Assembly: GCA_038212275.1 (NCBI GenBank)
Contig: JBBQUR010000002.1
Coordinates: 192,001-256,000 of the forward strand
Reading direction: 5' to 3'
Length of the DNA stretch: 64,000 nt
Source: Planctomycetota bacterium
Lineage (GTDB): Bacteria; Planctomycetota; B15-G4
The stretch's first letter is position 1. Each line of letters opens with the position of its first letter. The notes below the pieces were generated by a model. The model was given only the letters and a program-made list of their open reading frames with translations. It was not told the DNA's origin and ran no database searches. Shown here piece by piece: positions 55,581 through 64,000 of the stretch. The translations under genes and the position numbers were made by a program.

Positions 55581-55779
55581 CGCGAGCCTCCGCATGCGGA
55601 ACCCCGGCGATTCTAGCGGAGCCGCGACCCCACCTGGCCGCCGCCTCCGCAGGCCCGCTGCCGTACACTGGCGCGACTCGCCGGGGCCGACCCGCACGGC
55701 GGTCGCGCGCCACGCGCTCATCCGGGTCCGACCCAGGGAAGCCCGCCAGCGATGCCGAGCCGACAGACTTCGAGCCGGA

Positions 55780-56829
55780 ATGCCCGCTAGGAAGGCTCGC
55801 GAGCGCCGCCTGCCGTCAGCCTGGGCCTCGCTGCCGGACGCGCAACTCCTCAAGCTGCGACTGAAGGACCTTCCGCTCGCCATCGAGGGCACGTGGCTTG
55901 AGGAATGCCTCGCGGACCTTCGCAAGGAGCTGGCCGAGCGCGACCTGCTCGTGCGGCCGCACGCGTGGCTCTCGGACGAATTCTTCAGCCCGGACACCAC
56001 GCCGGGCATCGCGCTGCCCTTCTATCTGGCGCACCCGCGGCTCATGCGGCTCGAGCGCGCGCAGATCCTCGACGTCGAGGGCGGCACGCGCGCGGAGTGC
56101 ATGAAGATCCTGCGGCACGAGGCGGGTCACGTCGTGGAGCACGCCTTCGGGCTGGCGCGCCGTCGTCGCCGGCAGGAGCTGTTCGGCCGCTCGTCCACGC
56201 GCTACCCCAGCACCTACCGCCCGAATCCCGCGAGCCGGAACTTCGTGCAGCACCTGCGGCTCTGGTACGCGCAGAGCCACCCGGACGAGGACTTCGCCGA
56301 GACCTTCGCCGTCTGGCTCGGCCCTCGCGCCACCTGGCGACGGCGCTACGAAGGCTGGCCCGCGCTGCAGAAGCTGGAATACATGAACGAACTCATGGAG
56401 GAACTCGCGGGACGCAGGCCGCCTGCGATGCGCCGCATCGAGGTCGATCCGCTGCGCTCGCTGCGCATGACGCTGGGCGAGCTCTACGCAAAGAAGCTGG
56501 CGCAGTACTCGGTGGACGCGCCGCGCATCTACGATCGCGACCTGCTGCGCATCTTCTCGAACGACGCCCGGCACCGCCGCTCGCCATCCGCGGCGGCGTT
56601 CATCCGCAAGCATCGGGCCCGCCTGCGCCAGCTCGTGTCCAAGTGGACGGGCGAGTACCAGCTCACGCTGGACGCCGTGCTCGACGCGATGGTGGAGCGC
56701 TGCCGCGAGCTGAAGCTGCGCGCCGCGGGCCCCGAGCGGCAGCTGCGGCAGGACTTCGCCGTGCTGCTCACCGCCAAGACCGTCCACTCGCTCTACAGCC
56801 ATTCGCGCCGACAGTGGTTCGCGCTGTGA
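55780..56829 (+). CDS. Putative zinc-binding metallopeptidase
   Basis: PFYLAHPRL, ILRHEAGH (HExxH), YAQSHPDEDFAETFAVWL. Confidence 0.8.
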   Translation: MPARKARERRLPSAWASLPDAQLLKLRLKDLPLAIEGTWLEECLADLRKELAERDLLVRPHAWLSDEFFSPDTTPGIALPFYLAHPRLMRLERAQILDVEGGTRAECMKILRHEAGHVVEHAFGLARRRRRQELFGRSSTRYPSTYRPNPASRNFVQHLRLWYAQSHPDEDFAETFAVWLGPRATWRRRYEGWPALQKLEYMNELMEELAGRRPPAMRRIEVDPLRSLRMTLGELYAKKLAQYSVDAPRIYDRDLLRIFSNDARHRRSPSAAAFIRKHRARLRQLVSKWTGEYQLTLDAVLDAMVERCRELKLRAAGPERQLRQDFAVLLTAKTVHSLYSHSRRQWFAL

Positions 56830-56842
56830 GGTCGATCAACCC

Positions 56843-57874
56843 ATGAGAAAGCAGCGCGTCCTGGTGCTCATGCACGCGGATCTCGTGCCGCCGGAGTCCC
56901 TCAAGGGCCTGTCCGAGCAGGACATCAGCCGCTTCAAGACCGAGTACGACGTCGTGTCCACGCTGCGCGCGAACGGGCACGACGTGCGGCCGCTGGGTGT
57001 GGTGGACGAACTGCTTCCCATCCGCGAGGCGGTCACGACCTGGAAGCCGCACGTCGTCTTCAACCTGCTCGAGGAATTCCACGGCGAGGCGGTCTACGAC
57101 CAGAACGTCGCGTCCTACCTCGAACTCCTGCGCGTGCCGTACACCGGCTGCAATCCGCGCGGCCTCGTGCTGGCGCGCGGCAAGGACCTCTCCAAGAAGC
57201 TCGTGCACTATCACCGCATCCCGGTGCCTGCTTTTGCGGTCTTTCCGCTGCGGCGCAAGGTGCGGCGGCCGACGCGCCTCGCGTTGCCGCTCATCGTCAA
57301 GAGCGTGAACGAGGACGCCTCCATGGGCATCGCGCAGGCCTCCGTCGTGGAAACCGACGAGGCGCTCGTCGAGCGCGTCGCCTTCATCCACGAGCGCATC
57401 GGCACGGCCGCCATCGCCGAGCAGTACATCGACGGCCGCGAGATCTACGTCGGCATGCTGGGCAACGACCGGCGCCGCGTGCTGCCCATCTGGGAGCTCG
57501 ACTTCGGCAACCTGGCGCACGGCGCGCGCAACATCGCGACCGAACGCGTGAAGCACGACGTGGATTACCAGGAGCGGCGCGGCGTGCTGCAGGGCCCGGC
57601 CGAAGGGCTCTCGCCGGGCGTGCAGGCGCGCATCATCCGCTCGGTCAAGCGCATCAGCCGCACGCTGGAGCTGGACGGCTACGCGCGCATCGACTTCCGC
57701 CTCGCGAAGGACGGCACGCCGTACTTCATCGAGGCCAATCCCAATCCCGAGATTTCCAATCGCGAGGAATTCGCGCAGGCGGCCGAGCACGCCGGGATCG
57801 AGTACCCCGAGCTGCTCAACCGCATCCTGGCGCTGGGCATTGCGCGCGCCCGGGCGCAGGGCCGCGCGCGCTGA
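56843..57874 (+). CDS. D-Ala-D-Ala ligase-like ATP-grasp enzyme
   Basis: VFNLLEEF, LELLRVPYTG, PLIVKS, EQYIDGRE, GYARIDFRL, IEANPNP. Confidence 0.85.
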   Translation: MRKQRVLVLMHADLVPPESLKGLSEQDISRFKTEYDVVSTLRANGHDVRPLGVVDELLPIREAVTTWKPHVVFNLLEEFHGEAVYDQNVASYLELLRVPYTGCNPRGLVLARGKDLSKKLVHYHRIPVPAFAVFPLRRKVRRPTRLALPLIVKSVNEDASMGIAQASVVETDEALVERVAFIHERIGTAAIAEQYIDGREIYVGMLGNDRRRVLPIWELDFGNLAHGARNIATERVKHDVDYQERRGVLQGPAEGLSPGVQARIIRSVKRISRTLELDGYARIDFRLAKDGTPYFIEANPNPEISNREEFAQAAEHAGIEYPELLNRILALGIARARAQGRAR

Positions 57875-57920
57875 GGCGCTGCGCGAGGCGTCGCGCGAGC
57901 CGGCTGCGTGGCGTCTGCGG

Positions 57921-59090
57921 TCAGCGCTTCCCTCGCAGGTCGCGCAGCGCGGCGAGCACCGGCTGCTCCAGCGCCGTCGCGACCACCGCGTGTCCGTCCA
58001 CGGCGAGGTGCTGATCGGAGGTCCAGTAGAGCGGCCGCCGGCGTCCCAGCAGTCCGGGTTGCAGCAGCGCAGGCAGCAGGTCCACCACCTCGATGCCGTC
58101 GGCGCGCAGCACCTCGGCGAAGCGCTCCGCCAGCCGGCGGTCCACGGCGAAGTCATCGTCGCAGAGCCTGAGCGCTCCACGGACCGGCTGCAGCAGGGAG
58201 AGATCCGTCAGGTCCACCTCCTCCTTGGGGGGAAGGATCGCCACCATGAGGCGGGCGCCGCGTTCGGCGCAGTATTCCGCCATCTCACGGTAGCACTGCG
58301 TGGTGGCCAGCAGCGCGGCCTCGGCCTCTCCCTTGCAATACGTGAAGGTGTGCACCTGGCTGGTGTTCTGGGCCATGCGCGCGCGCATGCTCGGATCTTC
58401 GCGCGCCACCTCGAAGCGCTTCTGTGCGTCGCGCGGCAGCGGCGTGCGTGCGCGGCGCGTCTCGAAGTCCGAGAAGGCCTGGGCATTGATGAAGTCGTTG
58501 CCCGTGTAGAGCACGCACAGGACGAGCTGCGGCTGCATGTCCAGCAGCACGCCGAGCAGCGCGCGCTGCTCGAAGGGGCCGGTGCCGCTGACGCCCGCAT
58601 TCAGCACTTCGCAGCGCCGGAACTTCAGTTTCGGTGCGAGGCGCTTCTCGAGCAGATTCGGGAAGGTCTCTCCGTTGGCGACGAGGCCGAAGGTGTGACT
58701 GTCGCCGAGGACCAGCACGCGAAGATCGGTGCCGTGAGGCGGACCGAAGACCGTGCGCTCATCCTCGCGGAAGCCCAGGTTGTTGGTGCGCAACGTGAAC
58801 TTGCCGCCGATGTGCTCGGGCCAGTTGATCGTCTCGGAGCGGTCCTCCGCCGCACGCACCACCGCCAGCGGGTCGTAGCGGGTCCACTTGGCGGTCGCAA
58901 GGCTCGGCAGGAGCTGCTCCACCGCAGCACGGTCCAGCGCGGCGCTCTTGATGGACGCGGACTCCACGCGCGGCGCCTCCACCGCTGTCGGAGCCGGCCG
59001 CTGCCCCTCCTGATGCAGCACCAGCAGGCCGCCGCACAGCAGCAGCGCCAGGATCACGATGACGATCTTGCGCCGCGCGTCCACTTGCAT
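57921..59090 (-). CDS. Membrane-anchored SGNH/GDSL hydrolase family protein
   Basis: N-terminal TM; TNNLGFR, LGDSHTFG, LNAGVSG, GND, DQH...GH. Confidence 0.8.
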   Translation of the reverse strand: MQVDARRKIVIVILALLLCGGLLVLHQEGQRPAPTAVEAPRVESASIKSAALDRAAVEQLLPSLATAKWTRYDPLAVVRAAEDRSETINWPEHIGGKFTLRTNNLGFREDERTVFGPPHGTDLRVLVLGDSHTFGLVANGETFPNLLEKRLAPKLKFRRCEVLNAGVSGTGPFEQRALLGVLLDMQPQLVLCVLYTGNDFINAQAFSDFETRRARTPLPRDAQKRFEVAREDPSMRARMAQNTSQVHTFTYCKGEAEAALLATTQCYREMAEYCAERGARLMVAILPPKEEVDLTDLSLLQPVRGALRLCDDDFAVDRRLAERFAEVLRADGIEVVDLLPALLQPGLLGRRRPLYWTSDQHLAVDGHAVVATALEQPVLAALRDLRGKR

Positions 59091-59101
59091 GGCGCGCCAG
59101 C

Positions 59102-61693
59102 CTAACCTCGATCGCGCCTCCGTCGCTGGACCCGCTTGTAGACCTCGAACCAGAGCACGCCGAGCACGCCGGCCGCGACGGCGATCGTCAGCTCCCCGAC
59201 GTGCAGCGCAGAAAAGCCAAAGAGCTGCTGCGTGAAGGGAAGCCACAGCAGCAGCGCCAGCAGCAGGAGCGTGCCGCCGATGATGGACCAGAGCGCGACG
59301 TTGCGGTCCCGGAGTCCGGCGATGGCGCCGTGCGTCCATGAGCGGTTCACGATGATGAGCCCCAGGTTCGCGACGACGAGCGTGGTGAAGGACATCGTCC
59401 GCACCTCCGGCGCAGGCAGGCCGTCGAGCACGCCCCACAGGTAGACGCCGAGCACCGCGACGAGAGCGACCGCGCCCTGCAGCAGGCTGATCGTCAGCAT
59501 GCGCCGCCCGAACATGGACTCTGCGACGGGTCGTGGCCCGCGCTGCATGAGGCCCTCCTCCTCCGCCTCGGCCTCGAAGACGACCGAGCACGCGGGGTCG
59601 ATCACGAGCTCCAGAAAGGCGATGTGCACCGGCATGAGCACCAGCGGCAGCAGCGCGCCGCGGAAGTGCGGGAAGAGCACCGGCAGCAGCGACATCCCGG
59701 CGATCGGGACGTGGACGGCCAGGATGTAGGCCATCGCCTTCTTCAGGTTGTCGTGGATGCGGCGTCCCGCGCGGACGGCGCCCACGATGGAGGCGAAGTC
59801 GTCGTCCGTGAGCACGAGCGCGGAGGCCTCGCGCGCGACATCCGTTCCGCGCTGGCCCATCGCGATGCCGATGTCCGCGGCCTTCAGCGCCGGGGCGTCG
59901 TTGACGCCGTCGCCGGTCATCGCGACGACGTCCCCGCAGGCCTGGAGCGCGCGCACGATGCGCAGCTTCTGTGCCGGAACGACGCGCGCGAAGACGTTGA
60001 CGCCGCCGATGCACGCCGCGAGCGCCCCGTCGTCCAGCGTGTCCAGCTCGGTCCCGCTGACGAGCCGGCCCGCCGGGTCGAGCCCGATCTCGCGCGCGAT
60101 GGCGAGCGCCGTCGCCGGATAGTCGCCGGTGATCATCACGATGCGGATCCCGGCCGAGTGGCACTCCGCGATCGCGCCCGGCACCGCGTTTCGGATCGGG
60201 TCGGCCAGACCGACGAGGCCGACCCACTCGAAGCGGTAGTCGTGCGCGAGGCCGGGCAGCGCCTGCTCGCCGCGGAACGTCGCGCGGGCGACGCCCAGCA
60301 CGCGCAGCCCGTCACCGGCCAGGCGCGTGACGTCGGCGAGCAGCGCGGTGCGGCGCGGCGGCTCGAGGTGGCACAGGTCGATGATGGCTTCCGGCGCGCC
60401 CTTCGCCGCGACGACGAGGTCGCTCCCGTCCGGCGAGCGCCACACGTGGGACATCGCCAGCAACTGCTCCGAGAGCGGGTATTCCCGCACCAGGCTCCAA
60501 CCGGCATGCAGGTGCTCCGTCCGCGCGAGGGTCCGCTCCGCCAGCGACTTGAAGGCCACGTCCATCGGATCGAACGGGTTCACCGGGCTGGCGAGCAGTG
60601 CGTACTCGGCGATCTCGTGCACTTCCTCCGGCAGCGTGGCGGCGCCTGGCTCAATGCGAACGGCGCGCTCGCCGGGCTGCAGTGCGCGCACCGTCATCCG
60701 GTTCTGCGTGAGCGTCCCGGTCTTGTCGGTGCAGAGCACGGTGGTCGCGCCGATCATCTCGATCACCGGCATGCGTCGCGTCAGCACGTGGCGCTTCGAG
60801 AGGCGCCACGCGCCGAGGGCGAGGAAGATCGTCAGCACCACCGGGAATTCCTCGGGCAGCATCGCCATCGCGAAGGTGATGCCGGCGAGGAAGGCGCCCA
60901 GCCAGTCGGCGCGCGTGAGCCCGTAGAACACCACGATCACGGCCGCGAGCCCCAGCCCGAGGATGGCGAGGCGCTTCACCAGGCGCGCGACATCCTGTTG
61001 CAGGCGCGTCTTGCCCGGGACCACTTCGTTCAGCGACCTGCCGATCCGGCCCAGCTCGCTGCGGCCTCCGGTCGCGGCGACGCGCGCCACGCCCTGGCCC
61101 TTCACCACGAGCGTACCGGAGAAGACGAAGGGCGTGCCGTCGCCGCCGGGCCGGCCCATGACGGTGTCGGCGGCGGCGCGGGCCTTGCGCACCGGGATCG
61201 ACTCGCCCGTCAGCAGCGACTCGTCCACGGTGAGGTTGCCGCTGTCGAGCACGATGCCGTCGGCCGGCACGCGGTCGCCCTCGGAGAGCAGCACGACGTC
61301 GCCCGGCACGACCTCGCGGCCGGGAATGCGGCGCTGCACGCCGTCGCGCACGACGAGGGCCCGCGGGCTGGCCAGGTCGCGCAGCGCCGCCAGCGCGCGC
61401 TCCGTGCGTCGCTCCTGAAAGAGCGTGATGCCGATGACGACGAACACGAACACGAAGAGCAGCACCGCGTCCCGCAAGCGCTCGGGCTCCTGCAGACTGA
61501 CGAGCAGGTTGAGCGAGCCGGCCGCGACGAGCATCAGCAGCATCGGCTCCCGGATCACCGAGAGCACGATCCGAGCCAGGTTGCGCGGCTTGGCGGACTC
61601 GATCTCGTTGGGGCCTTCGGTCGCGAGCCGCGACGCCGCCTCGGCCTCGCCCAGCCCGGTGACGGACGCTGCGTCGAAAGGCTCGGTCGTCAC
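59102..61693 (-). CDS. Cation-translocating P-type ATPase (type II-like)
   Basis: DESLLTGES, PEEFP, DKTGTLT, KGAPE, MITGD, TGDGVNDAPALK; start taken at GTG 61693. Confidence 0.93.
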   Translation of the reverse strand: MTTEPFDAASVTGLGEAEAASRLATEGPNEIESAKPRNLARIVLSVIREPMLLMLVAAGSLNLLVSLQEPERLRDAVLLFVFVFVVIGITLFQERRTERALAALRDLASPRALVVRDGVQRRIPGREVVPGDVVLLSEGDRVPADGIVLDSGNLTVDESLLTGESIPVRKARAAADTVMGRPGGDGTPFVFSGTLVVKGQGVARVAATGGRSELGRIGRSLNEVVPGKTRLQQDVARLVKRLAILGLGLAAVIVVFYGLTRADWLGAFLAGITFAMAMLPEEFPVVLTIFLALGAWRLSKRHVLTRRMPVIEMIGATTVLCTDKTGTLTQNRMTVRALQPGERAVRIEPGAATLPEEVHEIAEYALLASPVNPFDPMDVAFKSLAERTLARTEHLHAGWSLVREYPLSEQLLAMSHVWRSPDGSDLVVAAKGAPEAIIDLCHLEPPRRTALLADVTRLAGDGLRVLGVARATFRGEQALPGLAHDYRFEWVGLVGLADPIRNAVPGAIAECHSAGIRIVMITGDYPATALAIAREIGLDPAGRLVSGTELDTLDDGALAACIGGVNVFARVVPAQKLRIVRALQACGDVVAMTGDGVNDAPALKAADIGIAMGQRGTDVAREASALVLTDDDFASIVGAVRAGRRIHDNLKKAMAYILAVHVPIAGMSLLPVLFPHFRGALLPLVLMPVHIAFLELVIDPACSVVFEAEAEEEGLMQRGPRPVAESMFGRRMLTISLLQGAVALVAVLGVYLWGVLDGLPAPEVRTMSFTTLVVANLGLIIVNRSWTHGAIAGLRDRNVALWSIIGGTLLLLALLLWLPFTQQLFGFSALHVGELTIAVAAGVLGVLWFEVYKRVQRRRRDRG

Positions 61694-61897
61694 GGAGAGT
61701 CCTCTCGAGGCGCGCTCGAGCCGGCAAGCGCATTCACGGTTATCCGGGCGGCGTGCCGCCCGGCACTGCGGCCGCGCCGGCTGCGAGCCATCTTCCTCAA
61801 CCACGGCGCGGCCCGCGCGATACGCCTGTGCTGGCCCTCAGGCCGTGAGCGCCGGCCCTCAGACCCGTGTGCGTCGTCGGCGCCAGCTGCCTGGCAG

Positions 61898-64000
61898 CTA
61901 CAGCATCGCGACGGGATCCACGTCCACGATGACGCGCGCCTGGCGGCTCAGGCCGACCGAGGGGCCCAGGCGCCCGAGCACTGCCGACACCGCGCCGTCC
62001 GTCGCGCACTTGCACACGAGGTGCCAGCGGTGCTGCTCCGCGATGCGCGCGATCGGCGCCGGAGCCGGCCCCAGGATCTCGACGCCGTCGAGCGGCCCGG
62101 GGCCCGGCTCGGCGGGAGTGACGGCCGCGGCGGGCGTGTCGGCCGCGGCGTCCGCAGCGGACGGGCCGTGCGCAGCGGACGCGTCGTACGCGCCGGACGC
62201 GTCAGGCAACACCGGGCGTGACGGCGCGCCGAAGTCGAACTCCGCCGTGATGGCAGCGCCGATGCTCGCGCCGGGCGCCGCACGACGGGAGGCCGCAGTG
62301 TGCGCACCGCCCTTCGCCTCGCGGGCCGGCTCCGGCTCGCCGCGCAGCCTGCGCGCCAGCTCGTGTGCGCGCGTGCGCGCGTGGGCCTCGTCCGGTGCGT
62401 GGATGACGACGCGCACCAGTCGCGTGAACGGCGGGTAAGCGCTCTCGCGCCGCGCGGCCAGCTCCGTCGACGCGAAGCTCACATAGTCCTGGTTCACGCC
62501 GAGGCGGATGGCCATGTGCCGCGGATCGAAGGCCTGCACGACGACGCGCCCGCCCTTGGGGCCCCGCCCGGTGCGCCCCACCACCTGCGCGAGCAGCTGG
62601 AAGGTGCGCTCCGCCGCGCGATAGTCCGGCAGGAAGAGCGCGCTGTCCGCGCAGATCACGCCGACGAGCAGCACGTTGGGAAAGTCCAGGCCCTTGGCGA
62701 TCATCTGCGTGCCGATGAGCACCTGCGTGCGCCCCGCGGCGAAGTCCGCCAGCGCGCCCTCGTGCGCGCCGCGCCCCGACATCGTGTCGCTGTCCATGCG
62801 CGCCACCGAGGCGTGCAGGAAGCGCTGGCGCACTTCCTCCTCCACCTTCTCGGTGCCGTAGCCCAGCGGGAGCAGCGGCCCGCGGCAGGCGGGGCATTCG
62901 CGCGGCGGTGCCTTCTCCGTGCCGCAGTAGTGGCAGATGACGCGGTTGGCTTTGCGATGCAGCGTCATCGAGACATCGCAGTGCAGGCACTTGAGCGACT
63001 GCTTGCACTTGCGGCACAGCAGCACGGGCGACCAGCCGCGCCGGTTGAGGAAGAGCAGCACCTGCCCGCCGCGCGAGAGCGCATCGTCCATGCCGGCCTG
63101 CAGCGGATCCGACAGGAACGAGAAGGCCCCGCCGCGCCGCTGCTCCACGGTGAGGTCCACCATGACGATGTCCGGAGCGCGCCCGCCGGCCACGCGGTCG
63201 TGCAGCGTGAGCAGCCCGAGCTGCCCGTCCTGCGCCGCGTGCCAGGCCTCGAGCGACGGCGTCGCCGTGCCCAGCAGCACGATCGCGCCGGTGAGCCGCC
63301 CGCGCTCGAGAGCCACGTCGCGCGCGTGGTAGCGCGGCACGTTCTGCTGCTTGAAGGTGGTCTCGTGCTCTTCGTCGAGGACGATGAGCCCGAGCCGCGG
63401 CACCGGCGCGAACACCGCCGAGCGCGCGCCGACGACGACGTCCGCCTCGCCGGCGCGGATGGCGCGCCACTGCGCCGCGCGCTCGGCATCCGTGAGGTGG
63501 CTGTGCAGCACGGCGACGCGTGCGAAGCGCTGCCGGAAGCGCTTGACCGTCTGCGGCGTGAGCGCGATCTCCGGCACGAGCACGATGCCCTGCCGCCCGC
63601 GCGCCACCACCTCCGCGAGCAGCTGCAGGTACACCTCCGTCTTGCCGCTGCCCGTGACACCGTGCAGCAGGAAGGCGCGGCTGGCAGGACCGGCGGCAGC
63701 GCCCGCAACGGGGACCACGCCCGCTGCCGCGCCAGCCAGCAGTCCAACGCCACTCGCACCGCCGGGCACGGACACGCCGCTCGCCATCGCGCCGTCCAGC
63801 ACCGCGCCGTCCAGTGCCGCGCCGTCCAGCGCCGCGATGAGTCGGTTCGTGACCTCGCGCTGCGGCTCGGTGAGCTCCAGCGGCTCGGTGCGCTCCACGG
63901 GCGTCGCTGCCAGCGGGTCGCGCACGGCGGCGGCGCGACGCAGTTCGATGAGGCCGGCCTTCACCAGCGTCGCCAGCGGCGAGCGGCTCACGTGCGCCAG
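61898..64000 (-). CDS. priA: Primosomal protein N' (5' truncated by the window)
   Basis: LHGVTGSGKTEVY, VPEIALTPQ, GARSAVF, DEEHE, NRRG, four CxxC, GTQMIAKGLDFP, DVDP. Confidence 0.96.
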   Translation of the reverse strand: MAHVSRSPLATLVKAGLIELRRAAAVRDPLAATPVERTEPLELTEPQREVTNRLIAALDGAALDGAVLDGAMASGVSVPGGASGVGLLAGAAAGVVPVAGAAAGPASRAFLLHGVTGSGKTEVYLQLLAEVVARGRQGIVLVPEIALTPQTVKRFRQRFARVAVLHSHLTDAERAAQWRAIRAGEADVVVGARSAVFAPVPRLGLIVLDEEHETTFKQQNVPRYHARDVALERGRLTGAIVLLGTATPSLEAWHAAQDGQLGLLTLHDRVAGGRAPDIVMVDLTVEQRRGGAFSFLSDPLQAGMDDALSRGGQVLLFLNRRGWSPVLLCRKCKQSLKCLHCDVSMTLHRKANRVICHYCGTEKAPPRECPACRGPLLPLGYGTEKVEEEVRQRFLHASVARMDSDTMSGRGAHEGALADFAAGRTQVLIGTQMIAKGLDFPNVLLVGVICADSALFLPDYRAAERTFQLLAQVVGRTGRGPKGGRVVVQAFDPRHMAIRLGVNQDYVSFASTELAARRESAYPPFTRLVRVVIHAPDEAHARTRAHELARRLRGEPEPAREAKGGAHTAASRRAAPGASIGAAITAEFDFGAPSRPVLPDASGAYDASAAHGPSAADAAADTPAAAVTPAEPGPGPLDGVEILGPAPAPIARIAEQHRWHLVCKCATDGAVSAVLGRLGPSVGLSRQARVIVDVDPVAML

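Noticed and set aside
56843..57874. Assigning ddl or a vancomycin-resistance ligase
   Set aside because: It lacks the typical Ddl N-terminal motif and has no cell-wall or van gene context.

Overview
Very GC-rich, densely coding bacterial chromosomal segment with about 52 CDS and no rRNA, tRNA, CRISPR array or mobile element that I can see. A diderm host is implied by the Mla operon and an outer-membrane porin. Planctomycetota is my tentative guess from the style of the secreted proteins, not a measured assignment. The highlight is a minus-strand cluster (27648-38682) encoding what looks like a complete extracellular electron transfer conduit with 44 CxxCH motifs. It comprises a beta-barrel porin, a 13-heme cytochrome, a giant (1173 aa) OmcA/MtrC-type decaheme lipoprotein with a roughly 360-aa beta-rich insertion, an unknown membrane-anchored protein, a tetraheme c554-like protein with a Cys-rich tail, and a 17-heme/cytochrome b (CbcL-like) membrane protein. 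Three good sigma-54 (-24/-12) promoter matches precede its units. Other content: PFOR plus a DHODH-like gene, a seven-gene fatty-acid modification operon resembling the furan fatty acid pathway, PhoX-like and purple-acid-type phosphatases, signal-peptide-bearing KatG, tsaD, carA, a doubly disrupted sulfatase, a DHS-family gene, mlaFEDAC, an uncharacterised kinase-like/nucleotidyltransferase-like operon, CBS, ogt, a peptidase/ATP-grasp pair, a P-type ATPase and priA. Short tandem repeats are frequent, including arrays that copy stop codons. All assignments come from motif recognition by eye; no database searches were run.
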